From: a bacterium
GTDB taxonomy: Bacteria; Hinthialibacterota; Hinthialibacteria; Hinthialibacterales; Hinthialibacteraceae
Reading direction: 5' to 3'
DNA length: 64,000 nt
Assembly: GCA_963662285.2 (NCBI GenBank)
Contig: CAXXMV010000001.1
Span: 384,001 to 448,000, forward strand
Under the pieces are notes generated by a model that had not been told where the DNA came from, did no database searches, and saw only the letters and a program-made list of their open reading frames with translations. The position numbers and the translations under genes are program-made. Shown here piece by piece: positions 21,357-30,810 of this stretch; the first letter of the stretch is position 1, and the number at the start of each line of letters is the position of its first letter.

Positions 21357-21383
21357 CGCACCGGCTAGAAGCCGATGCTCCCC
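21352..21383 (-). repeat. REP right of RAYT (GGAG type)
   Basis: Inverted copy of 20755-20786, overlapping the RAYT stop codon. Confidence 0.85.
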
Positions 21384-21546
21384 TGATGCTCTCTGCTTTT
21401 CCCAGTTTATCAGAAGTAAATGCATTGCCATTGAATCAATTTAATAACAACTTGTACTGAGAATCCCCCCACCAAGAGAGGCTAGGGTGAGGAGAGATTT
21501 CAAAAAACTAAAGTAAAGTGAAAGATATAAAAACAGGAGGCTTCCC

Positions 21547-22641
21547 ATGACCGACAGAAAACTAGGCGTACTCATACATGGAGCTGGTTGGGTATCCGGC
21601 GAACACATCAGGGCATTCCAAAATAATCCTCATACCCATATCGCGGCAATCTCCAGCCGGCGGATGGAAAGCGTTAAGCAACGTGCGTCCGAAGCCGGAC
21701 TCAACGATATCGGAATGTACACCAGCCTGGAAGAGGCCTTGCAGCATGACGGAATAGATATCGTCTCTGTCTGTACGCCGCAACACGTCCACGCCGAAAA
21801 CGTCATCATGGCCGCCAATGCCGGTAAACACATTATTATAGAGAAACCCATCGCAAATAGCATGGAAGAGATGCAAGCCATGCGCGAAGCGGTACATAAA
21901 GCCCAAGTAAAGACAGTTGTTTCATTCGTGCTGCGCTGGAATCCCCTTATCTCAACCTTGAAATCTCTCAGCGCTGACGGCATGTTCGGCAAGATATATC
22001 ACGTCGAAACCGACTACCAGTCCAATATCGCCAGCTGGTGGAGCGGATTCGAAGACGCCCGTAAAAAAGATACCGGCATCAGCGCCTTGATGGTCGCCGG
22101 GTGTCATGCTCTGGACGCCGCACGCTGGTTGGCGAGTACGAAACGCGACCAGGCGGCCAGAGTAAAAGAAGTATTCGCCTATTGCGGGGGATGGCGCAAA
22201 GGCAGCGATAAAGAATACAACTGCTACACAGGGGAATGGGCTACCGGAAAACCTCCCTTGGAATACGAAGGCCTGGAAGTGCTGCTCTTAAAATTCGTTA
22301 ATGGCGCCATCGGCAAAGTATCGACCAATTATGATTGCATTATGCCCTACACCTTCCCCATCGAAATGTTCGGCGACGCAGGAAGCGTGAAAGACAACCG
22401 CATCTGGTCGCGCCGTTTCCCCGGACAAAAAGGATGGATCGAAATCCCCACCATTCTACCCGATTCGGCCGATGTCGCCCATCATCCGTTCCAAGGTCAA
22501 ATCGACCATTTCACCGATTGCATCCTCAACAACATTGAATCGCATTGCAACCTAGACGACGCCATACACACCCATGAAATAATCTTCGCCGCGCAAGAAT
22601 GCTACCAGACAGGACAACCAGTACAACTATCTATAGGGTAA
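21547..22641 (+). CDS. Gfo/Idh/MocA family oxidoreductase
   Basis: HGAGWVS, IIIEKP, AGCHALD; AGGAGG RBS. Confidence 0.9.
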   Translation: MTDRKLGVLIHGAGWVSGEHIRAFQNNPHTHIAAISSRRMESVKQRASEAGLNDIGMYTSLEEALQHDGIDIVSVCTPQHVHAENVIMAANAGKHIIIEKPIANSMEEMQAMREAVHKAQVKTVVSFVLRWNPLISTLKSLSADGMFGKIYHVETDYQSNIASWWSGFEDARKKDTGISALMVAGCHALDAARWLASTKRDQAARVKEVFAYCGGWRKGSDKEYNCYTGEWATGKPPLEYEGLEVLLLKFVNGAIGKVSTNYDCIMPYTFPIEMFGDAGSVKDNRIWSRRFPGQKGWIEIPTILPDSADVAHHPFQGQIDHFTDCILNNIESHCNLDDAIHTHEIIFAAQECYQTGQPVQLSIG

Positions 22642-22713
22642 TACCAAACAGGGTATCGTAACATGAATATATTGTGCTAAATTGTTAGTAATTTCTTTGA
22701 GAGGGTGGTTTAT

Positions 22714-22857
22714 ATCACCCCTCTCCTTACCTCTCCCAGTCTTGGGAGAGGAATGTATGACTACAGTATTTGTATTACTAAGGTAAAACGATATAACTGG
22801 TTATTTCTCCAAAATACCTCTCCACCAAGCCTGGGGGAGAATTCAAGAGGGGGTTGT
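22714..22857. repeat. Two half-copies of the CCCCCAAGCCTGGGGG-family REP
   Basis: CCTCTCCCAGTCTTGGGAGAGG and CTCCACCAAGCCTGGGGGAG...AGAGGGGGTTG, related to 8762-8855. Confidence 0.6.
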
Positions 22858-22946
22858 TTTCTACAACTGGAGATGTCTCACTTGGCGTTATCATTATTAT
22901 CTATCTGCCGTTTTCAGGTTAAACAACCTCCAATTATTCACAAACC

Positions 22947-24899
22947 TCAATCCAATTCAACCACAGCCGCCACCCCCTTGATAACCGGAGTTTTTCCACC
23001 TGAAACCTCATCAAAAATTCTCTGCGCATTATTCTCATCGCCAAACGCATCAGTAACTTCACAGAACGGTTTACCGTCATCTAAAGTCCTCTGTGGTTTC
23101 TCCAACCCCTGGAACGATTCTATCCCGCCCTTGGCCGTACAAACCTGAATGCTCATTTTCCTGTCGCCTACCGCATCCAATACTTCGCGCGGGATAGAAA
23201 GCACAATTGAACCTTGAGATTCATCATGGATTTCGATCACATTAAAATTCGTCATTATAGGATTATAAAAACCAGTAGCGATAAAACGGGAGATATCTTC
23301 ACCTTTTTCATTCACAATGGATATATCGAACTGGCTCTTAAAACCTGATATATACCAATGCCGATAGCGGATCATCCTCTCCGCGCCCCGATCCCATTCG
23401 GTTTTACCACTGATCATCCTATATCCCCGGTCAGGAGATTCATAATCTAAAAGAATGAACGTATCCTGAAAAGCTAGCCCGGAGAGATCGCGATTCGACG
23501 CATAATCGATTTTGAGATACAAACGTTCCTTCGAACTGCGCACTGAAAGACCTAGCAGGTCTCGTGATAAATCGGTATCGAATTCAAATTTCTGACGCGC
23601 TTCATCATTTCCATATTTCATAATCCAATCACCAGAATCATCGGTCGCTATAGAAGCTGTCTTATCCCAAAAAATTTTATGCGCATAAGCGTTATCTTCC
23701 TTCATTTCAGTTAAAATTTTATATGCCTTATCGATATCCAAATGATCGGGTGAGGTATAAATCTTCATCAAGTAAATCCGGGCAACATCGACCAAACGAC
23801 TTTTGGGATATTCCACCAGAAAATTCTGATAAGCAGAAATTGCTAACGCCGTCTCACCGCTGCGGAACAAGGCTTCAGCAACCGCATAAGCCTTCTCTTC
23901 TTCATCACGCCACACAATACGGGTCCTATGCTTTTCTATATCAGAAATATACATAATTGCTTCACTATTATTGTCGAACGTATCACTGATATAGGCGATC
24001 CGGTTCCACTGCGCATCAACCGCCGCCCAACTGGCGCCCAACGGATTGTCAATCATAACAGTCTGCTCACCCGAAGAGAGATCAACACTGATTAATCGAG
24101 TCTCTTCATGTCCCACTACTTTAGTAATCACAATAGATTTTCGCGTCAGATCAATTGACGGCGCATCCCACAGAAAAGCATTTTCGCATAGCATCCGGGG
24201 ATTAGATTTACTCAACGAATCAATATACAAATCCGCTGTCTCATTATCGTTATCACTAACGAAATACAGATAACGGTCATCATCCACCCATTTAGCAAAA
24301 GCTAATTCATGTTCCCCTCCATCATGAAGCATCCTCAGTTCTTTATCACCTTCCCGCCAAAGCGCAAGATAGGTCTCGTCAACCGTCAGCAAAAAGCGTT
24401 TACCCCCAGCATCAACATCCACGCAGAAGATTTCACTATTGTCTTTGCTCAACAACATGGTTTCTTTATTATCAACTAAATCTTTGCGCCATAGTTCAGT
24501 CGCATTCTTCTCTTTATTATCTCTCATGAAATAAAGAGACCGATTATCATCAGATATATCAAAATAGAATCGCGCGTTCTCTACTATCTTCTGCCTGTTT
24601 TTATTATGAATATTGATTTTATAAAATTCACAAGTTTCACTTTGCCCTTCAAGCGGCTTCAAATATATTAATTCATCAGCTGATGAAAGAAATCTGCAAC
24701 CGATTACATCTTCATCCACAAGCAGCGATGCAGTCTGCTGCTGGCCATCCCACAACCACAGTTTTTGATCATCCATTCCCACAAACACCAGATACCTGCC
24801 ATCCGGACTCCAGGACATGGGATCAGTTATACAGCCCGTCATAACAAAACCCAGGCACAGAAAAATAATGGTTATATGAAATACATGTTTTGTTCTCAT
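22947..24899 (-). CDS. Lipoprotein with TolB-like propeller, TPR-like segment and C-terminal beta domain
   Basis: Lipobox VMTG-C, WSPDGRYL, AISAYQNFLVEYPKS (TPR-like); 2-nt gap after the anti-sigma gene. Confidence 0.75.
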   Translation of the reverse strand: MRTKHVFHITIIFLCLGFVMTGCITDPMSWSPDGRYLVFVGMDDQKLWLWDGQQQTASLLVDEDVIGCRFLSSADELIYLKPLEGQSETCEFYKINIHNKNRQKIVENARFYFDISDDNRSLYFMRDNKEKNATELWRKDLVDNKETMLLSKDNSEIFCVDVDAGGKRFLLTVDETYLALWREGDKELRMLHDGGEHELAFAKWVDDDRYLYFVSDNDNETADLYIDSLSKSNPRMLCENAFLWDAPSIDLTRKSIVITKVVGHEETRLISVDLSSGEQTVMIDNPLGASWAAVDAQWNRIAYISDTFDNNSEAIMYISDIEKHRTRIVWRDEEEKAYAVAEALFRSGETALAISAYQNFLVEYPKSRLVDVARIYLMKIYTSPDHLDIDKAYKILTEMKEDNAYAHKIFWDKTASIATDDSGDWIMKYGNDEARQKFEFDTDLSRDLLGLSVRSSKERLYLKIDYASNRDLSGLAFQDTFILLDYESPDRGYRMISGKTEWDRGAERMIRYRHWYISGFKSQFDISIVNEKGEDISRFIATGFYNPIMTNFNVIEIHDESQGSIVLSIPREVLDAVGDRKMSIQVCTAKGGIESFQGLEKPQRTLDDGKPFCEVTDAFGDENNAQRIFDEVSGGKTPVIKGVAAVVELD

Positions 24900-24901
24900 G
24901 A

Positions 24902-25546
24902 TCAGATACTCCTGTTATTGACATATTTTTTAATAAATCCACTAAGAACCGGCGTTTCTTCAATTTCCTGCAACGCCTTGGTTTTGGAATATTTCGCTAA
25001 TAAAGAAGCATAAGTATCCGCCGCATCTTCCCACTGACTATTACGTATTTGGGTTTTCATTTGAGTCTTAAGACCCGCCGCCGTTATTTCATCCAACAAA
25101 GAATCAGCTTGGTTCTGCGAAATATAGATGTTATAAACCGGTTTTTCAGATTTGGCGGAGACGGGATCATAGTCGATTACCGCCTGACGGCTAGGAGTGA
25201 AATATTGCACCAACAGCAAAGCGCACACTCCAGTCACAGCCCCCATTGAGAACTGCCCCCAGTTCAGTTGCGGAATTATGAATCCCCACAAAGAACTAAT
25301 CCGCTTATCAGATTGCCTGACGACTTGGTTAATGAAATCAGGATGGGGATCAGGCGCATCAACCGTCCACGTTTGCAGCATCGACGAGGTTCGTTGATAC
25401 GCCCGCAGCTGTTCCATGCGTTCACCATCCGTCTGAAGATATTCTTCCAGCGCCAGTTTATCATCCGACGCCAACTCATCATCTATATAAGCAGAAAGAC
25501 ATTCCATCCACTCATCTTCGGTTTTTGGTATATTCCAGGACATCAT
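24902..25546 (-). CDS. Transmembrane anti-sigma factor
   Basis: LSAYIDDEL N-terminal domain, single TM helix, ATGA overlap with the sigma gene. Confidence 0.8.
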   Translation of the reverse strand: MMSWNIPKTEDEWMECLSAYIDDELASDDKLALEEYLQTDGERMEQLRAYQRTSSMLQTWTVDAPDPHPDFINQVVRQSDKRISSLWGFIIPQLNWGQFSMGAVTGVCALLLVQYFTPSRQAVIDYDPVSAKSEKPVYNIYISQNQADSLLDEITAAGLKTQMKTQIRNSQWEDAADTYASLLAKYSKTKALQEIEETPVLSGFIKKYVNNRSI

Positions 25547-26103
25547 CTCACCTCGGTAATACAAGACTGCAAACGCCTTCGTAATATATCTCTGGCTTTG
25601 GCTAAACGGCTTTTCACCGTGCCGACCGGATTCCCGGTCATTTCAGCGATATCCAGATAACTAAGTTCTTCAAATTCACGCAGAATGACAATCTCCCGCA
25701 TTAGCGGCGGCAATGATAATACCGCCCCCATGATCATTCGGTTTCGTTCATCATCAAGCAATGACTCTGCTGGATTCCGGTCAGGACTGTTTAGATCAAA
25801 AGAATCATCTATCGCCACCTCAACTACTTTAGTCTTCTTACGCAACCAGCTGATGCATAGGTTCCTCACCACTACAAACAGCCACTTGCGCACCGCTTCT
25901 CCTTCAGGAACATCAGGCGGTTTTCGGCTAAAACGAAGAAAAGCTTCTTGAACCATATCCACCGCAGTTTCGTTGCTGCCTAGCATACGAAACGCAAAAC
26001 GATATAGGTCTTTATAATTCAACTGTATAGCTTGCATGCAATCTATACTCAAAATTCGCTTCTCCCAGAGATAAGTCTCGCAATTATTACCAATAACGTA
26101 CAT
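25543..26103 (-). CDS. ECF sigma-70 factor
   Basis: DMVQEAFL, WLFVVVRNLC, LSYLDIAEMTGNPVGTVKSRLAKAR. Confidence 0.92.
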   Translation of the reverse strand: MYVIGNNCETYLWEKRILSIDCMQAIQLNYKDLYRFAFRMLGSNETAVDMVQEAFLRFSRKPPDVPEGEAVRKWLFVVVRNLCISWLRKKTKVVEVAIDDSFDLNSPDRNPAESLLDDERNRMIMGAVLSLPPLMREIVILREFEELSYLDIAEMTGNPVGTVKSRLAKARDILRRRLQSCITEVR

Positions 26104-26138
26104 TATTTTGAGAATCGCCTTAAGCTCTCATAATCATC

Positions 26139-26164
26139 TACGCAACATTTATGGGAAAGTTCGA
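26139..26164 (-). promoter_or_regulatory. Putative autoregulatory ECF promoter
   Basis: Minus strand TCGAAC-N16-CGTA, the AAC/CGT architecture of SigW-type promoters, ~35 nt upstream of the sigma start. Confidence 0.6.
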
Positions 26165-26244
26165 TTTTTTTAAAGAGGAGGGTATTAAATATTGACTACT
26201 ACACATGAGTATACAACAAACATCGATCCATCAACATGACTGAA

Positions 26245-26583
26245 TCAATCTATCAAATCATCCAACGCTTCAAAATCAGTGGAATAAATCTTGAAACTCT
26301 TGTCCAAATGAACCACGCTGAACAACTCTTTCATGTTTTCATTGGCTGCGCACAGAGCCAGTTCTCCGCCGCCGTTTAAGGTAATTTTATATGCGTCGGT
26401 TAAAGCATGCAGACCAGCGCTGCTCATATATTCAAGCCGGGAAAGATTAAGTAATACTTTTCCATCACCGTCTCCCACAGCACGATTAAGAACTCCAGAC
26501 AATTCCGATACAGACATGGAATCAACTCGTCCATGCAACTCAAGAACTTTGACGCCTGATTCGATTTTTTCAGTGTATTTCAT
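26245..26583 (-). CDS. STAS domain anti-sigma factor antagonist
   Basis: LHGRVD, LNLSRLEYMSSAGL (phosphorylatable Ser). Confidence 0.9.
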   Translation of the reverse strand: MKYTEKIESGVKVLELHGRVDSMSVSELSGVLNRAVGDGDGKVLLNLSRLEYMSSAGLHALTDAYKITLNGGGELALCAANENMKELFSVVHLDKSFKIYSTDFEALDDLID

Positions 26584-26612
26584 AATAACGCCTCCATCAT
26601 GACAATGACAAT

Positions 26613-27746
26613 CTATTTAAAATCAATCACCATCAATGTCAAATCATCATCTGGTTCACCCGCCTGAAAATTTGCCAGATCACTATACATATTATGCATG
26701 AATTCAGCTGAATTTGAACGGCAATTACTGGATATCATTTCCTTCAGACCGTCTTTACCCAGCATTTTATCATCTTGACCTCGCGCTTCCAGAAAACCAT
26801 CAGTATACAAAATTACTCTATCACCAGAATTAACGCCTAGTGAAGTTTCATTATTATCACCAAGTATCTTCTGCGTCACGCCTACCGGAGGCGTGTGTGA
26901 AGCAATGGCTTCGAGTTCTTCTGAAGCACTACGCCACACATATATTTCGGGATGCCCCGCATTGGCGATAGTCATCATTTCATCTTCCAGATCAATAAGG
27001 AGAATCACCATCGTAACAAACATGGAAGTTTTATCAATATTACGAAGTATAAACCGGTTAAGAAGATTGAGCACATTCGAGGGAGGGCGCCGCTCCGCCA
27101 ACCGCTGTTGCAGCTGATTATGGATCAAATTCGCCGTCAGCGCCGCAGAAACGCCATGGCCGCTCACATCATACAAGGCAATGGCATACTCCTGGGGAGA
27201 ATACTGGTGAACTGTAAGATAATCGCCGCCAATTGCAATCAATGGTTCATAGCGGTAATTGATAGAGAGATACTGATTATCAACCGGCTCTGGAAGAAGG
27301 CAGCGTTGAATAGCCGCCGCATGACTCAGGTCTTCTTCTAACTGCTGTTGCTGTTCAGCAACCTTTTTTCTGATCGCGCTGCGCTCCAACACCTTCTCAA
27401 CCACTTTCATCATATAAGGCAAATCAATCGGTTTGGTAATGAAATCAGCCGCGCCATTCTTCATTGCATCAATAGCGTACTCCATTGTCCCGAAGGCCGT
27501 CATGATAACTACCGGGATATCAATTCCTCTAATGCCTTTTTCCTGTAAAAACTGTATCCCACCCATTTTGGGCATCATCAGGTCAGAAATAATCAGATCC
27601 GGTTTATGGGAGTCGAGTATCTCAAGCGCTTTTAATCCATTGTTCGCCTGAAAAACATCGAAACCTTTAAATTCAGCGAAGTCGCTTAAATTCTCTCGAA
27701 TCTCATCTTCATCATCAACAATTAAAAGAACAGTTTTTTCTTCCAT
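26613..27746 (-). CDS. Response regulator fused to SpoIIE/PP2C phosphatase (RsbU/RsbY-like)
   Basis: REC domain (IVDDE, DLMMP, KP), GGDY, DVSGHGV, YTDG, DDLT. Confidence 0.92.
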   Translation of the reverse strand: MEEKTVLLIVDDEDEIRENLSDFAEFKGFDVFQANNGLKALEILDSHKPDLIISDLMMPKMGGIQFLQEKGIRGIDIPVVIMTAFGTMEYAIDAMKNGAADFITKPIDLPYMMKVVEKVLERSAIRKKVAEQQQQLEEDLSHAAAIQRCLLPEPVDNQYLSINYRYEPLIAIGGDYLTVHQYSPQEYAIALYDVSGHGVSAALTANLIHNQLQQRLAERRPPSNVLNLLNRFILRNIDKTSMFVTMVILLIDLEDEMMTIANAGHPEIYVWRSASEELEAIASHTPPVGVTQKILGDNNETSLGVNSGDRVILYTDGFLEARGQDDKMLGKDGLKEMISSNCRSNSAEFMHNMYSDLANFQAGEPDDDLTLMVIDFK

Positions 27747-27759
27747 TATTTTGCCACCT

Positions 27760-28131
27760 TTACACCGACTTAGCTAACATCTCTTCAACGGCTTGCCGCA
27801 TATCTTCTGGAGAATACGGTTTCAGTATGGTACGGTCTGCTCCGTACTGCTCCGCTTGAGCCAGAACTCCTCTGACCGAAGATGCGCTTACCATAGCAAC
27901 TGGTAGATCCGGTTGGATTTTTTTTATCCTTTGAAGCAATTCAAGTCCATCAATGCCTGGAAGTTGGATATCGAACAAAGCTGCATTAAAATCCTGAGAT
28001 GAAAAAAGTTTCAAAGCCTCTTCACCCGACGATGCAGCAACCACTTCATAACCAAAAAATTCTAACAGGTCACGCAGGTTCTCCCTCAACTCTTCTTCGT
28101 CATCAACAATTAAAATTTTCGCCTCAGACAT
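27760..28131 (-). CDS. Single-domain response regulator
   Basis: LIVDDE, DIQLPGIDG, KPY; CAGGAG RBS before MSEAK. Confidence 0.9.
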   Translation of the reverse strand: MSEAKILIVDDEEELRENLRDLLEFFGYEVVAASSGEEALKLFSSQDFNAALFDIQLPGIDGLELLQRIKKIQPDLPVAMVSASSVRGVLAQAEQYGADRTILKPYSPEDMRQAVEEMLAKSV

Positions 28132-28321
28132 CAAATTCTCCTGATGATACGACAATAAACGAGTTTTTCATACAAACACAGTTCAAACATTAGGTTAAAA
28201 TCCTAAAAAGAAAACGAGATTGTTTTTTAATCCACAATTATTAACTGCATTCCCGCAGACAAACGATCCAAAAACAAACTCAACCTACCTGATATAGTTA
28301 TATTTACACCATAAGCAATCA

Positions 28322-30187
28322 TCATAACATACGATCATTCAAAGACGCAACTGCGATATCCAAAGATTCAATATATTGTCTTACCGCACGGCGGAAATCG
28401 GTATATGCGAAAATAAATTTGTCTTTTAATAACTGAATTGCATTAACTTTACTCTTATCGCATCTGGAGATGCAGCCGGGATCACCGAACAATAAAATCG
28501 TAGCACGTGGGGATATAGAAGTACATAATCTGAATACAACATTATAATCATTTTGTAACGTTAAAAATAATTCCAGCGATTGTTTAATAATCAGCAACGA
28601 GTTCTCATCTGAAACATCCAATACTTCCACTTGACCAATAATCCTACCTAATTCGCTGTCCAGTTTACCGCATTCATCCAACAATCCTTGCATCTCGTCA
28701 ATTACATCGCCTATCCTTCTAGTCAATGGCTCATCAAGTGATTCCAGTAAAAACGACTTATCAATCTTTGACTCTGGCAGGGATAAAATCACTTCATCAA
28801 AATCACAGAATTCCACCCCGTCAATTCGGGCGCCTTGGGTTGATGTATTAATCACACGGCCATAAGTTTTTCTAATCATCAACACCAGCGAATCCAGAAA
28901 CATTCTCAATTGCATCGAGGTTTTCACCATGGAACCATCATTGGCGACAACCTCACACATTTGTTGGATATCTCTCTTGGGAATTTTCAAATCATTTTGC
29001 ATGGCGCCATCGGCATATTGCCGTTCTCCGCAGAAAGCGAAATCCAGTCCGGTCAAAACAATCGGCGAGCAACCCAACTGACGCGCAATATGATATGCGG
29101 CATGAGCCGTCGATCCGAAAGAATCCACCGCACCCAGCGCCTTGATTGATTTCAGTTCATTGATAAAACGAATGGCATGATGGGTGAAGAAATAACTTCG
29201 CCCCCGAAATTGTCGGATAATATTTGGATGAACCGAAGGCGACGCAACCAGTACAGCCTTATCTTGTGAGATGCCATCAAAATGCCGTGCGTTCAAATCG
29301 GTAAAATCCACGCTGACAATCACATCTGCCGAGACGCCATTACACTGTAAATTCCCCAACGCCGTATCTACCGCAATAATTAGCGACTGGGCTTGAATTG
29401 ACCTGATCTTTTCAACGCTCTCCTGCAAACCCGGCCCCGGCCCGACCACCAGCGCTGGAATCCCCGGCGCGGCATTCAGCAGACGAAGAAATGGAGCTCC
29501 ATCCAGCATCGCGCCTAGATTGGAAACGCAGTTTCTTAAAACAAAACTGCCCTGCGCCGCCATAGTCCTCAACTTAATCGATTCTCTTTGCGCAACTTTT
29601 TGAAGAGCCTTTTTCAAATCAGCTATATATTCATGATACTGTTTCATGCTTGCCATGACGCTATGCAACTGGATTCCCATAGCCCGCATACGGTTCCCGG
29701 TAATTCCATCAAAGGGAAGCCGTACAGCCTCTTCCGGGCTGCATCCTGATACAAACCGGACACGGTGCGATTGCAGCAGTTCCGTAAAATCGACTAAATG
29801 AAAAGCAGATTTAAGAACAGCCGGATCAGGTTCAACAATCCAGATAAAGGTATCATCATCAGACAATTTATATATCGATAGGGCTTGATAACCTACGCCA
29901 ATCCCGACCAGCATAATATGCCCATGACGTAAATCCAGCCGATGCTGATGTAAAACCCATTCATCAGCTTTCTCTGTTGGATTCGTCAAATCGTCTAAAG
30001 TCATGTATCGTCCATCCGGTTGAATAAAACCCATGACCGGAGAACCATCAGCAGCATTGACATACTTGATAGCAACAGAATCCAGTTCAGTTTCACACAA
30101 GAGGCAAAACAAATCAAAATCCGAACGCCGGAGCGCATCGATATTCTCCATCCATACAGGATTATTAATACGGATTGAATTAATCAT
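28322..30187 (-). CDS. Maf/DUF115 (6-hydroxymethylpterin diphosphokinase MptE-like) protein
   Basis: GIGVGY, IVEPD, VVGPGPGL, AVDTA, LGCSPIVLTGLDFAF, INTSTQGARIDG. Confidence 0.82.
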   Translation of the reverse strand: MINSIRINNPVWMENIDALRRSDFDLFCLLCETELDSVAIKYVNAADGSPVMGFIQPDGRYMTLDDLTNPTEKADEWVLHQHRLDLRHGHIMLVGIGVGYQALSIYKLSDDDTFIWIVEPDPAVLKSAFHLVDFTELLQSHRVRFVSGCSPEEAVRLPFDGITGNRMRAMGIQLHSVMASMKQYHEYIADLKKALQKVAQRESIKLRTMAAQGSFVLRNCVSNLGAMLDGAPFLRLLNAAPGIPALVVGPGPGLQESVEKIRSIQAQSLIIAVDTALGNLQCNGVSADVIVSVDFTDLNARHFDGISQDKAVLVASPSVHPNIIRQFRGRSYFFTHHAIRFINELKSIKALGAVDSFGSTAHAAYHIARQLGCSPIVLTGLDFAFCGERQYADGAMQNDLKIPKRDIQQMCEVVANDGSMVKTSMQLRMFLDSLVLMIRKTYGRVINTSTQGARIDGVEFCDFDEVILSLPESKIDKSFLLESLDEPLTRRIGDVIDEMQGLLDECGKLDSELGRIIGQVEVLDVSDENSLLIIKQSLELFLTLQNDYNVVFRLCTSISPRATILLFGDPGCISRCDKSKVNAIQLLKDKFIFAYTDFRRAVRQYIESLDIAVASLNDRML

Positions 30188-30261
30188 ATATCTCTACATC
30201 AGTCGTTTAGTGGTTATTAAAACAAACGTTCATTAAGGCAAGTATCCACCATAAAACTAAA

Positions 30262-30303
30262 TAAAAAAAGGGACTATCGAAACAGCCTGTTCGATAATCC
30301 CTA
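30262..30303 (-). terminator. Intrinsic terminator
   Basis: Minus strand AGGGATTATCGAA-loop-TTCGATAGTCCCT followed by a U tract. Confidence 0.8.
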
Positions 30304-30696
30304 TAAAAAGGTTTGTTGCTTATTCTTAAAGCGATAACCCTGGTCAGATAAAAAAGGGGGGTTTTTTAACGATCAGCGCTTAATTGTATGAAGATTCTGC
30401 TGGCGGATGGTTATATCTCCACAGAACCTCATTACATTTTTTGTGTATGCTTGATCACGACCAGAGTTATCGGAAAAATATCATGATTCCCATTTACTAT
30501 TATTTATCAATAAAAACGCGGCTAACCAGCGCAAAAAACACGTAGTTTCCCCTGACTCCAAAAGCGGAATTGCCGAACCGCCTACGTCTTCTTTTCAATG
30601 GCTAACCGCTTAATCAACTTTTCAATTGAATAGAGCTGTTCTTACAATATGTTCATTTATAATCACTATAATATGAACGTTATTGAACAAATCTTA
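30262..30696 (-). ncRNA. Candidate structured non-coding RNA (or long leader), ~430 nt
   Basis: No ATG-started ORF over ~20 aa on the minus strand. Two long multibranch hairpins (30518-30609, 30331-30472) whose outer-stem mismatches are G-U only on the minus strand. Flanked by a sigma54-like promoter and a terminator. Confidence 0.55.
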
Positions 30697-30707
30697 ATAT
30701 GCCTTAC

Positions 30708-30722
30708 ACAAAGAACATACCA
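30708..30722 (-). promoter_or_regulatory. Putative sigma54 -24/-12 promoter
   Basis: TGGTAT-GTTCT-TTGT versus consensus TGGCAC-N5-TTGC: spacing correct, -12 C replaced by T. Confidence 0.5.
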
Positions 30723-30810
30723 ATTCCTGACTAGATCATAAAAAGGCACATAAGAGTTTTGAAAATAAAGATTTATATTTTAGTTATACTTGAAGAGATA
30801 CTCTGAAAGG

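Noticed and set aside
30518-30609. Hammerhead ribozyme, suggested by GAAA-C closing a multibranch loop
   Set aside because: The CUGANGA core is absent on both strands
30262-30696. tmRNA, RNase P RNA or SRP RNA identity for the structured region
   Set aside because: No tRNA-like ends or tag ORF, no GAGGAAAGUCC motif, no SRP domain IV motif; 6S RNA cannot be fully excluded without Rfam
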